Notes: generated by a model from the sequence alone, not told the origin. Shown: positions 20,575-28,279, counted from the first letter of the stretch. The stretch: 64,000 nt of DNA from Bergeyella sp. (GCA_030263285.1 SZYB01000001.1:492911-556910), one strand, 5' to 3'. A program made the numbers and translations.

Positions 20575-21270
20575 GTGAAAAAAAAAGACAAAACAAAGAA
20601 TAATACCCAAAAGCCCAATATTGCTATAGATGGCTACTCTTCTACCGGAAAAAGCTCTCTATCAAAGGCCGTTGCAAAAAAGTTGGGGCTTATCCCGATA
20701 GATACAGGTGCGCTCTACAGGGGAATCACCTATTATGCTCTCCGTCACTGTTTTGATACAAAACAAATCGATTTTTCCTGCCTTTATAAGGCATTGCCAA
20801 ACATTTCTCTCGGATTTAGAAAGTCGCAAACAGGACTTGCGCTTTTTCTTCAGGGGAAAAATATTTCGAAAGAGATCCGGTTCCCCGAAGTTTCAGATCA
20901 TGTAAGTCTGGTGGCAAAAGAAGAAATAATACGAGCATTTTTGCTCAAAACTCAGAGGAATATGGCGTCTGTAGGAGGGGTGATTATGGACGGGAGAGAT
21001 ATAGGTACTACCGTACTTCCAGATGCAGATTATAAGTTTTTTCTCACCGCCAGCATAGAGGAGCGTGCCAAAAGAAGATTTCTGGAGCTCTTGCATTCGG
21101 GTATAAAGGCAGATTTTTCCAAAGTAAAAGAAAACCTGATAGCCCGAGACAAAATGGACAGCGAAAGGTTGGTAGCTCCCCTGAAAAAGGCAGAAGAGGC
21201 TATAGAAATAGACAATACAGTACTTACAGAAAAAGAAACAGTGGATATCATCCTATCCCACATAAAATAA
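20575..21270 (+). CDS. cmk: (d)CMP kinase
   Basis: P-loop IAIDGYSSTGKSS, plus GRDIGTTVLPDADYKFFLTASIEERAKRR. GTG start. Confidence 0.85.
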   Translation: MKKKDKTKNNTQKPNIAIDGYSSTGKSSLSKAVAKKLGLIPIDTGALYRGITYYALRHCFDTKQIDFSCLYKALPNISLGFRKSQTGLALFLQGKNISKEIRFPEVSDHVSLVAKEEIIRAFLLKTQRNMASVGGVIMDGRDIGTTVLPDADYKFFLTASIEERAKRRFLELLHSGIKADFSKVKENLIARDKMDSERLVAPLKKAEEAIEIDNTVLTEKETVDIILSHIK

Positions 21271-21334
21271 TTTTATACTCTTTTGATTAAAAAAAATCGT
21301 ACGCATAAAATTTACTCGCTATAGTATTTTTTCG

Positions 21335-21342
21335 TAAATTTG
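21335..21342 (+). promoter_or_regulatory. -7 box TAAATTTG
   Basis: Exact TAnnTTTG match 18 nt upstream of the ATG at 21360. Confidence 0.45.
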
Positions 21343-21359
21343 GAGAAAACATTCGAGTT

Positions 21360-21710
21360 ATGTCTAAAAAAGGAAAAGGTACGTCACAGTTGCTTGCCGG
21401 TTTGGTTACCGGTGTCTTGGCGGGTTTGGTTGTGGGGCTTCTCTATGCGCCTGAGGATGGAAAGTCTACCAGAAAAAAAATAAAGAGCAAGGCCAGTGAT
21501 CTTGCCGATCAGGCTGTCGATGCTTACGACAAAACAGCGAGCATGGTAAAGGACAAGTACGAGGAACTTTCATCCAAGGTAAAAGACACGTCCGATAAGG
21601 TAGCGACCTCTCTAAATAAAGGATACCATAAATACAAGGATCAGACAGCTAAAGCTATTGCGGAAGTCTCTAAGGAGATAGAAGCCGAGTTTAAAAAAGG
21701 TAAATCTTAA
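21360..21710 (+). CDS. YtxH domain-containing protein
   Basis: The N-terminal hydrophobic segment followed by APEDGKSTRKKIK is the YtxH signature. The rest is a Lys/Asp/Glu-rich helical region. Confidence 0.7.
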   Translation: MSKKGKGTSQLLAGLVTGVLAGLVVGLLYAPEDGKSTRKKIKSKASDLADQAVDAYDKTASMVKDKYEELSSKVKDTSDKVATSLNKGYHKYKDQTAKAIAEVSKEIEAEFKKGKS

Positions 21711-21773
21711 GAGAGGACGCGTCCGCTTGTTTTTCTTAACCTTTATGAGCTCAGAAAAAATCGTACCTTGATC

Positions 21774-22082
21774 ATGTTTGGGATTTTAAAGCAGTATTTT
21801 GAAAAAAGGATAGACCTGATGAAGTTGGACTTTGCAGAAAAGTCCTCTCTTGTCTCTGGGTTCATTTTCTTTTTGGTGATTTCGCTTCTCTTTATTCTTT
21901 TGTTTATTACTTTTTTGATTCTCGGGTTGGCTTTCTGGCTGGGACATAAGTTAGGAAATCATTCTTATGGTCTCTTTATCACTTCTGGATTTTGCTTAGT
22001 CTGCTTTCTTATGATTTATTTTTTTAGAAAAAACATTCAGACCTATGCTTCGGAAGCCTTTTTTAAGCTCTTAAATAAATAA
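21774..22082 (+). CDS. small two-TM membrane protein (phage-holin-family / Holin-X-like annotation class)
   Basis: 102 aa with two long hydrophobic helices (GFIFFLVISLLFILLFITFLILGLAFWLG and GLFITSGFCLVCFLMIYFF). It sits directly after the ytxH-like gene. First ATG used. Confidence 0.5.
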   Translation: MFGILKQYFEKRIDLMKLDFAEKSSLVSGFIFFLVISLLFILLFITFLILGLAFWLGHKLGNHSYGLFITSGFCLVCFLMIYFFRKNIQTYASEAFFKLLNK

Positions 22083-22085
22083 AAT

Positions 22086-22568
22086 ATGCCTTCCCTGCAA
22101 GAACTTAAGACCAAAAAGAATTTACTAAATGCTGAAATAAAGGAACTGGAGGATATAATGACCTTCAATAGTCCCAAGAAAAGTCTTGGCATACTTACCG
22201 GTGGCCTTACCGATAAATTTTTGAAAGAATTCCAAACACCGTCCGGAAGGAATAGACTAGGGCTTGATTTTTCTTCTGTAAAAAGAGAAATAAGTGAGGG
22301 GCTAAGATCAATGGTAAGTAAAAACCCAATGGTAGAACTTTCTAAAAGTGAGGGCGGTGGAGAACTGATAAAAAATGCAATAAAACTTTGTATAGTAACC
22401 GTTCTAGCCAACTACGCCAATAAAAATATGCAGAAAAAGAACTGGCAAAACAAAGTTCTGGGCTCCCTCATCATATTTGCTGTTCCCATTGCTTTCAAGT
22501 ACCTGAGAAAGGCAATAGAAAGCTACCAGAAAAACAAAACTACCTCCGGTTTTAAACAACTAATGTGA
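22086..22568 (+). CDS. hypothetical protein (N-terminal coiled coil, C-terminal hydrophobic segment)
   Basis: Its start is 4 nt after the preceding stop. It has a coiled-coil-like N-terminus (LQELKTKKNLLNAEIKELEDI) and a C-terminal hydrophobic helix (VLGSLIIFAVPIAFKYL). I recognise no family. Confidence 0.45.
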   Translation: MPSLQELKTKKNLLNAEIKELEDIMTFNSPKKSLGILTGGLTDKFLKEFQTPSGRNRLGLDFSSVKREISEGLRSMVSKNPMVELSKSEGGGELIKNAIKLCIVTVLANYANKNMQKKNWQNKVLGSLIIFAVPIAFKYLRKAIESYQKNKTTSGFKQLM

Positions 22569-22594
22569 GTTTTTGAATCCGATCAGTGTTTTTG

Positions 22595-23129
22595 TCATCC
22601 CGTACATTTCACAAAATAGAATAAATATCTCTCCAGCCGTCTATTCTTGGTATATTCCGGGCGGGGTTTTTTCTTTGTTATGGGAGATTGGGAGAAGATG
22701 ATTTTCTGCCCCGAAAACGTATCCAGATTTCTAGAATGAGCGTCGATCATATAATCCCCGTTCATCGGTTTTTTACTCCCACAAAAAATCACCTGACGCC
22801 AATGTACAAAAGAAAAATGCTCTTTTAACCAGTAATATTTGTCCTGCAAAGAATTCGGAAACTCCATGGCAGCAAAAACTATATACAGATCATATTTCTC
22901 ATGAATATACCTTAAGGCTTCTACCGCTCCCTCCATTACCGGAATAGTCCTGAAAAATCCTTTTTCATTCACATGCTTCAGCCCATTGGGAAAAATAAGC
23001 ACTTCATCTTCTCCCGACATTTCTTCCCAGTCCAGTGTTCCTTCCCGATTCTTTCTTCTCGTATGCCATAAATTGCAGGTAAATATCTGCAAGTACTCCA
23101 TCCATATCCACCAGTATCCTTTTTTTCAT
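22595..23129 (-). pseudogene. 5'(3')-deoxyribonucleotidase (NT5C/HAD family), frameshifted
   Basis: A 41-codon ORF from the ATG at 23127-23129 reads MKKRILVDMDGVLADIYLQFMAYEKK (HAD motif I DMDG). Homology then continues in another frame (EGTLDWEEMSGEDE...FFRTIPVMEGAVEAL...YIVFAAMEF). The family-like C-terminus (NPARNIPRIDGWRDIYSIL-stop at 22609) is in a third frame beyond a T6 run at 22667-22672. Confidence 0.7.
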
Positions 23130-23146
23130 CGTCAGTTAAGGTTTAG

Positions 23147-24035
23147 TTATACTTTATTCTGCTCTATAAAATCGTCTATGTTCTGTTTTGATATATTGGG
23201 AGGAGAACCTTTCTTTGTAGCAGCCAAAGCGCCTGCTGCACAAGCAAATTCCAAAATTTCTGACCCTTTCCTTTTCAATAAATATTTGTAAATCATACCT
23301 GCCAGAAAGTTATCCCCTGCTCCTACCGTATCCTCTACTTCTACACAGTACCCCTCATGTTTGTGAATCTGTTTTCCCTTGAGCAACAAAGCTCCTTTTT
23401 CTCCCAAAGTCACACAAAAAATTTTCAACCCACAAACCTTTGCCATCCGTCTTACCATTTTCTCCGGATCGGAAATTTCATACCCAAAATGCTTGACGAG
23501 AAGGGTGAGCTCCTCTTCATTCATTTTTACCAAATGAGATTTCTTCATCAGATCCAAAACACAATCCACTTCATAATGGGGTGCACGCAAATTGATATCG
23601 AAAACTGAAAATTTGCTTGAATTCAATAGCCTGAAGAGGGTTGGATCTCGTTTTTCTCCCCCTACATGCAAGCGAACCGAAAACGAATACGTCAGATTCT
23701 TCTACCAATCTTTTCCAAGAATCCTCATATTCTATAAAGTCCCAAGAAGAAGGATAAACAATATCATATTGTGCATTTTTGTTTTGATCTAATCCTATCT
23801 TTACTATTCCCGTAGGGTATTTTTTATCTGTCTGTATATATCCAATGCCTAGCTTCTGGTCAATAATCTCCCCAAGCTCTTCTCCGTGGCTGTCCTGTCC
23901 TATCCTGGACATCATCTCCACCTGAAAGCCCAGATCCTTTAACCTAAAAGCCACATTCATGGGAGCTCCTCCGGCAGATTTACCTTCCGGAAAAATATCC
24001 CATAACACCTCACCAAAACATACGGCCTTTTTCAT
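23147..24035 (-). pseudogene. PfkB-family sugar kinase (fructokinase-like), single frameshift
   Basis: The N-terminal ORF (23571-24035) reads MKKAVCFGEVLWDIF..GGAPMNVAF. The C-terminal ORF (23147-23671) carries the PfkB signature DTVGAGDNFLAG. The two frames join at the C5 run at 23658-23662 (GSLACRG / EKRDPTLFRLL). Confidence 0.8.
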
Positions 24036-24100
24036 ATATACCCACTAAATTATTAATTCCTGAATTAAAAAAACTCCGGTTTATCTAGGTTTTCATTTTG

Positions 24101-24108
24101 TATTTTTG
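24101..24108 (+). promoter_or_regulatory. -7 box TATTTTTG upstream of the ABC-F remnant
   Basis: Exact TAnnTTTG match 39 nt upstream of the ATG at 24147. Confidence 0.4.
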
Positions 24109-24146
24109 TGCAATTATTTACAAAACCTATTACAGGTATTCACCGT

Positions 24147-24960
24147 ATGTATTATATCTCTGCCGAAAATCTGACCAAATCATACGGAATTGAGATTTTG
24201 TTCGATGGTATCTCTTTTTATATTGATGAAGGAGACGGCGAAAAATCTATCTTTCTTAAAATTCTTAAATACTGGCTGAAAAAAAACCGGACGAAGGGCA
24301 ACTCATTCTCCATAAAGAGGTTTCTGTCGTTTTATTTGACCAAGAAATAAATTACGACCGCCCGGCATGGAGGAATATACACTCACGCTGGACGCTCCTC
24401 CTATAAGATAAGAGCTCTGAAAAATTATAATCTTGCCCTAGAATTGCAGGACAAAAAAGAAATAGAATGTGCACTTTCAGAGATGGAAAAACAAAAAGCA
24501 TGGACTATAGAAAACGAAATGAAGCAGCTGCTCGCTCTCCCATCTCAAAATAGAAAATATCAAAACCCCTATGGGAAACCTCTCTGGGGGACCAAATATA
24601 AAAAGAGTAGCACCGGCCAAACTATTTACCGAACAGGGGAACACAACATCGCCATACACTTCTCATTCCAGATGAACTCACCAACCATCTCGATGTAGAA
24701 ATTATAGATGACTGGAAAACTACCTTAATAAAACTAAGCTTTCCCTGCTCTTCATAAATCATTCCAGATATTTTCTGGATGCCACCTGTGATAAAATATG
24801 GGAGCTTGAAAACCAACAGCTTTTTTATACGCATGGGAGCTATGCACCGTATCTTGAAAACAAAATAATACAGGAGAAAATATTAAGCTCGAAACAGACA
24901 AGGAAAGATAAACGAAATGTCCAAAAACATAAAAAGAAAAAAGTCTGGAAAATCCTAATG
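24147..24960 (+). pseudogene. ABC-F family ATPase (Uup/YheS-like), frameshifted and 3'-truncated remnant
   Basis: The N-terminus MYYISAENLTKSYGIEILFDGISFYIDEGD is followed by a shortened Walker A region (GEKSIFLKIL). Frames change at the A8 run 24279-24286 (..PDEGQLILHKEVSVVLFDQE). Later fragments in other frames include ALKNYNLALELQDKKEIECALSEMEKQKAWTIENEMKQLL, a degenerate LSGG, NHLDVEII and YFLDATCDKIWELENQQLFYTHGSYAPYLENK. Only about 0.8 kb remains of an expected roughly 1.9 kb gene. Confidence 0.75.
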
Positions 24961-25751
24961 TCATTTATGCATATATTTACATACGTTTTTTCCTTTTTTA
25001 AGCCCTTTTAACACTATCCATCTACTTCCTGTATAAAATTTGTACATTGAAAAACCCTAAAAAACGCGAACTTCGCGCATATAACACTTTCGTACTGCTT
25101 TCCATTTCCAGACATTGATTTTAACTGTTGTAGAACTTACACAGCACAGAGGTACGTTTAATTTATGTTAAACAAAGATGTTATCTGCTCCAACGGGTTT
25201 TCAAGATCTATTTTTAAACTATATACATAACTCTTAAGCCTTTTTAATCACAACTGTTTAGCTTTAGTTTGTTTTCTAATTCCAAAGCGATATACAAACT
25301 GTTATTCTATGTAAATTTTTTAGCTTATAAGACCGAACAAATACACTTCCTCATATTTAAGGCACAACAATAAACCTGAAATCATCATCCAAATAATTTT
25401 ATGAATGAAAATGATGTGATATAGTTTGTGTTGTAACCTAATGAGAAAAAACAGAATATATCTTACTATTATATTATATTTTTTAAATAAATTAGCCAAA
25501 ATTAATATTTTTTTCACCCTGTAAATTTTATTCAGTGAAAAAAAGTTATTGCATCCCTTACCCTATTACCACTAAAGTCAAGGGAGAAGGTATTTTTTTG
25601 CAACGTACTAGAAAGGGAGGAAGATAAAGCAAAAGTAAAGGGATAGATATCGAAGTAATATAGCGATAGGATTATTTACTATAGAATAGGGAAAACATGG
25701 TATTAATGCATTAGGATTACAGTATACAAAAAAGAAAAAAATTATGAATTC

Positions 25752-26166
25752 ATGAAACTTTTAATCTTATTAGTCTCAATATTAACCATATCCTCATGCT
25801 CGAGTGACAAGGATGTTCAGACCTTTACTGATAATACAGCGATTGTGGGAGATTGGGTCGCCAAATATCCTGACGACAACTATAATTTTAAAAGAATAAA
25901 ACTCAGTTCAAGAGGAGAATATATAAACGGAGCCTATGTAGATGCTTTGGATCCGAAAGTTCCCCCTCAGACCTGAGCTATTTGGAGGATATAAAGGTAC
26001 CTACACCTACAAGAACGGGACCTTAAAACTGAAACCTTACAAAGGCGAAGAGTCCAAATGCGGAAACAAAGTAGAGGTAAACGGCACTACCTTAAAATTT
26101 TGGTACGCTTCCGAGAAATGTGGCAAAAACTGGGTAAAGTTTGAGGAGTATGTCAAAATTAATTAA
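25752..26166 (+). pseudogene. small lipoprotein of unknown function, split by a frameshift
   Basis: It has a lipoprotein signal peptide with a lipobox (LTISSC). Two overlapping ORFs (25752-25976 and 25942-26166) switch frame at the C5 run at 25962-25966. No family recognised. Confidence 0.5.
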
Positions 26167-26352
26167 TACAGTTGTCTGACCGTTTCATAGCGATATCTTT
26201 TTTAGTATTCCCCTGAGCTTCGGCTCAAGCAAGGGATTTTTTTATGCAATTAAGTGATAAAACTATACACAGTTTAAAAAAGAACAGTATTTAAAAAAAA
26301 TTCTTATAGAGAAAATTTTTTATAACTCCGTTGTATCGCTGATACAGTAAAT

Positions 26353-26713
26353 TTAAGCAAATGAAAACAAAAAGTCGACCGCGTCTATTTTTCCTAAGAA
26401 TAGTTTCATCATAGGCTTGGGGAGCGTACCGAATCTCTTTTTACGATCGTTTAAAAGACCCTCGAGAGACCAACGCAAAAGCAATAGCCAACCATAACCT
26501 AACCCATTGCAGATGTCGCGACACCGTTGTATAAGTGACTTACATTGATTGAGTAACTTTATATTTTTTATCTTCAATTTTTTTAAGATTCTCTCCCACG
26601 GCGTAGAGGTGAGTAGAAATTCTGCGTACCACCCTATTGTGTGTAACTCTTATCCGGATGTTGTAGTACATATCCGCTCTTTCGTTTTGCACTTCCGCCT
26701 TAAAAGTCGCCAT
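26353..26713 (-). pseudogene. tyrosine-type site-specific integrase, N-terminal stump only (frameshifted, catalytic domain absent)
   Basis: A 57-codon ORF (26540-26713) reads MATFKAEVQNERADMYYNIRIRVTHNRVVRRISTHLYAVGENL. This resembles the arm-DNA-binding N-terminus of Bacteroidota integrases (MATFK...RVTHNR). It continues in another frame after a T6 run (26564-26569) as KLLNQCKSLIQRCRDICNGLG. No R..HxxR..Y catalytic region follows. Confidence 0.6.
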
Positions 26714-26772
26714 AAATTTTATGTCAACAATGTTGCAACAAGTGTACTTAAAAAAGAGTCATTTAAAATAGC

Positions 26773-26808
26773 CAAAACGCTCTAAACTAAGCATTTAAAG
26801 GCGTTTTG
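26773..26808 (-). terminator. hairpin directly downstream of tRNA-Arg (possible tRNA-operon terminator)
   Basis: An 8-bp stem (caaaacgc / gcgttttg) with a 20-nt loop, followed on the minus strand by a T-rich stretch. The loop is large, so confidence is low. Confidence 0.3.
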
Positions 26809-26813
26809 TGGAG

Positions 26814-26887
26814 TGAGCGCGATAGGATTCGAACCTATGACCGTCTGCTTAGAAGGCAGATGCTCTATCCAGCTGAGCTACGCACCC
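26814..26887 (-). tRNA. tRNA-Arg (anticodon TCT)
   Basis: Minus-strand sequence GGGTGCGTAGCTCAGCTGGATAGAGCATCTGCCTTCTAAGCAGACGGTCATAGGTTCGAATCCTATCGCGCTCA. It folds as a cloverleaf with D-arm GCTC/GAGC, anticodon loop CTTCTAA, T-arm ATAGG-TTCGAAT-CCTAT and a 7-bp acceptor stem with 2 G-U pairs. No encoded CCA. Confidence 0.93.
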
Positions 26888-26918
26888 GTAAAAAAGAAAA
26901 AAATATTTTTTATAAACG

Positions 26919-26993
26919 TCGGGGTGGCAGGATTCGAACCTGCGACCTCCTGGTCCCAAACCAGGCGCGATGACCGGGCTACGCTACACCCCG
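26919..26993 (-). tRNA. tRNA-Pro (anticodon TGG)
   Basis: Minus-strand sequence CGGGGTGTAGCGTAGCCCGGTCATCGCGCCTGGTTTGGGACCAGGAGGTCGCAGGTTCGAATCCTGCCACCCCGA. Perfect acceptor stem CGGGGTG/CACCCCG and anticodon loop TTTGGGA. Confidence 0.93.
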
Positions 26994-27006
26994 AAAACAT
27001 TAGCAG

Positions 27007-27091
27007 CGGAGGGTAAGGGACTCGAACCCTTGCGACACTTGCGTGTCGACAGTTTAGCAAACTGCTCCGTTAACCACTCCGGCAACCCTCC
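27007..27091 (-). tRNA. tRNA-Ser (anticodon GCT)
   Basis: Minus-strand sequence GGAGGGTTGCCGGAGTGGTTAACGGAGCAGTTTGCTAAACTGTCGACACGCAAGTGTCGCAAGGGTTCGAGTCCCTTACCCTCCG. It has a long variable arm (CGACACGCAAGTGTCG), anticodon loop TTGCTAA and discriminator G. Confidence 0.92.
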
Positions 27092-27154
27092 CCAACTATT
27101 TCTACCAATCTTTATCTTTTGAAAGCCTCTCTTGTGCTCTCGCAAGAGAGAGTG

Positions 27155-27162
27155 CAAATATA
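27155..27162 (-). promoter_or_regulatory. -7 box TATATTTG for the tRNA Ser-Pro-Arg operon
   Basis: The reverse complement of caaatata is an exact TAnnTTTG match, about 64 nt upstream of the tRNA-Ser 5' end. Confidence 0.4.
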
Positions 27163-27205
27163 AAATAGTTTTTTATCAGTCCAAAATTTTTTACCCGTTT
27201 TTTTG

Positions 27206-27213
27206 TAACTTTG
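27206..27213 (+). promoter_or_regulatory. -7 box TAACTTTG for the amidase gene
   Basis: Exact TAnnTTTG match 23 nt upstream of the ATG at 27236; divergent from the tRNA promoter. Confidence 0.45.
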
Positions 27214-27235
27214 ACCCGCGAATGAATTCATCCTT

Positions 27236-28279
27236 ATGAAGATACGTAAAAACGTTTGTCTGGTCGGACTGGTGGCTGTTTCTATAACTGCCTGCACGCC
27301 TCAAAAGACAATTAAAAAGACCGAGACAGTAAAAAGGGTACAAAAAAATAACTCTGACACTTCGGATAACAAGAAAACAAACTCAGCTGATGTGAGTTAT
27401 AAAAAAGAATATATGCTGCATATCGGAGGTTTTGATTTCTATAAAAAAAATATAGCAGATATTACTAAAAACGACAATACCGAAAGCTATGGTTCTATAG
27501 TTTCTGCAAAGCCTTCGGGGTATATGGTTACAAAAAACTACTTTCCGTCTGTTGCACAAAATTTCAGACAGCGTTTTCTCATCCTCCACTACACAGCACT
27601 AAATAACGATAAATCCATCTCGACACTCACAGAAAAAGGGGTAAGCAGTCATTATATTGTAGGTGACCCGAATGATAGGGAAATTTACCAAATAGTAGAC
27701 GAAAACAAAAGAGCCTATCATGCAGGAATAAGTTACTGGAGAGGGTTTGAAAATTTAAATGACTCTTCCATAGGAATAGAGATAGTAAATCCCGGTTATG
27801 TACTTTATGAGGGAAGAAAACAATTTTTCAACTATCCCGAATGGCAATACAGAAAAATAGCAGCACTTGCGAAAGACATCATAAACAGATATAATCTCTC
27901 TCCTGTGAACGTGCTGGGACATTCAGATATCGCTCCTACAAGGAAACATGATCCGGGACCAAAATTCCCGTGGAAAAGGCTCTATAACGAATACAAAATA
28001 GGGATGTGGTACGATGAAGCCACAAAGCGGAATCTTTTAAATCAAATAGATGCAGAATCCTTTTATGCACAATCTACTACCGCTCCTTTTATTTTAAAAA
28101 TACAATCTATGCTAGGTGAATTCGGGTATAAAATAGAGAATTCTGGAGAACTAGATGAGAATACCACAAAAACCATTACCGCCTTCCAATATCATTTTCG
28201 ACCAGAAAATTGTAGTGGGATCATGGACAGGGAAACTTATGCAATTTTGCAAGCATTACTGCTGAAATATCCGAGATAG
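27236..28279 (+). CDS. N-acetylmuramoyl-L-alanine amidase (Amidase_2/AmpD-AmiD type) lipoprotein with C-terminal peptidoglycan-binding domain
   Basis: Lipobox SITAC, then an Amidase_2-like core (LILHYTA.., AYHAGISYWRG, IGIEIVNPG, VLGHSDIAP.RKHDPGPKFPW). The C-terminal helical repeat resembles PG_binding_1 (DENTTKTITAFQYHF). Confidence 0.85.
   Translation: MKIRKNVCLVGLVAVSITACTPQKTIKKTETVKRVQKNNSDTSDNKKTNSADVSYKKEYMLHIGGFDFYKKNIADITKNDNTESYGSIVSAKPSGYMVTKNYFPSVAQNFRQRFLILHYTALNNDKSISTLTEKGVSSHYIVGDPNDREIYQIVDENKRAYHAGISYWRGFENLNDSSIGIEIVNPGYVLYEGRKQFFNYPEWQYRKIAALAKDIINRYNLSPVNVLGHSDIAPTRKHDPGPKFPWKRLYNEYKIGMWYDEATKRNLLNQIDAESFYAQSTTAPFILKIQSMLGEFGYKIENSGELDENTTKTITAFQYHFRPENCSGIMDRETYAILQALLLKYPR

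Noticed and set aside
21774-22082. Possible prophage indicator, because this kind of protein is usually labelled 'phage holin family'.
   Set aside because: No endolysin, capsid, tail or terminase genes are nearby. The gene sits in a YtxH stress-type triad, so the label alone is not evidence of a phage.
25320-25517. 65-aa ORF inside the AT-rich stretch.
   Set aside because: It is Ile/Leu/Lys/Phe-rich, as expected from random AT-rich DNA, with no start context or homology cues.
26813-27060. Track ORFs 26813-27016 (+) and 26878-27060 (-).
   Set aside because: They lie entirely over the three tRNA genes and their spacers, so their amino-acid strings are just translated tRNA sequence.
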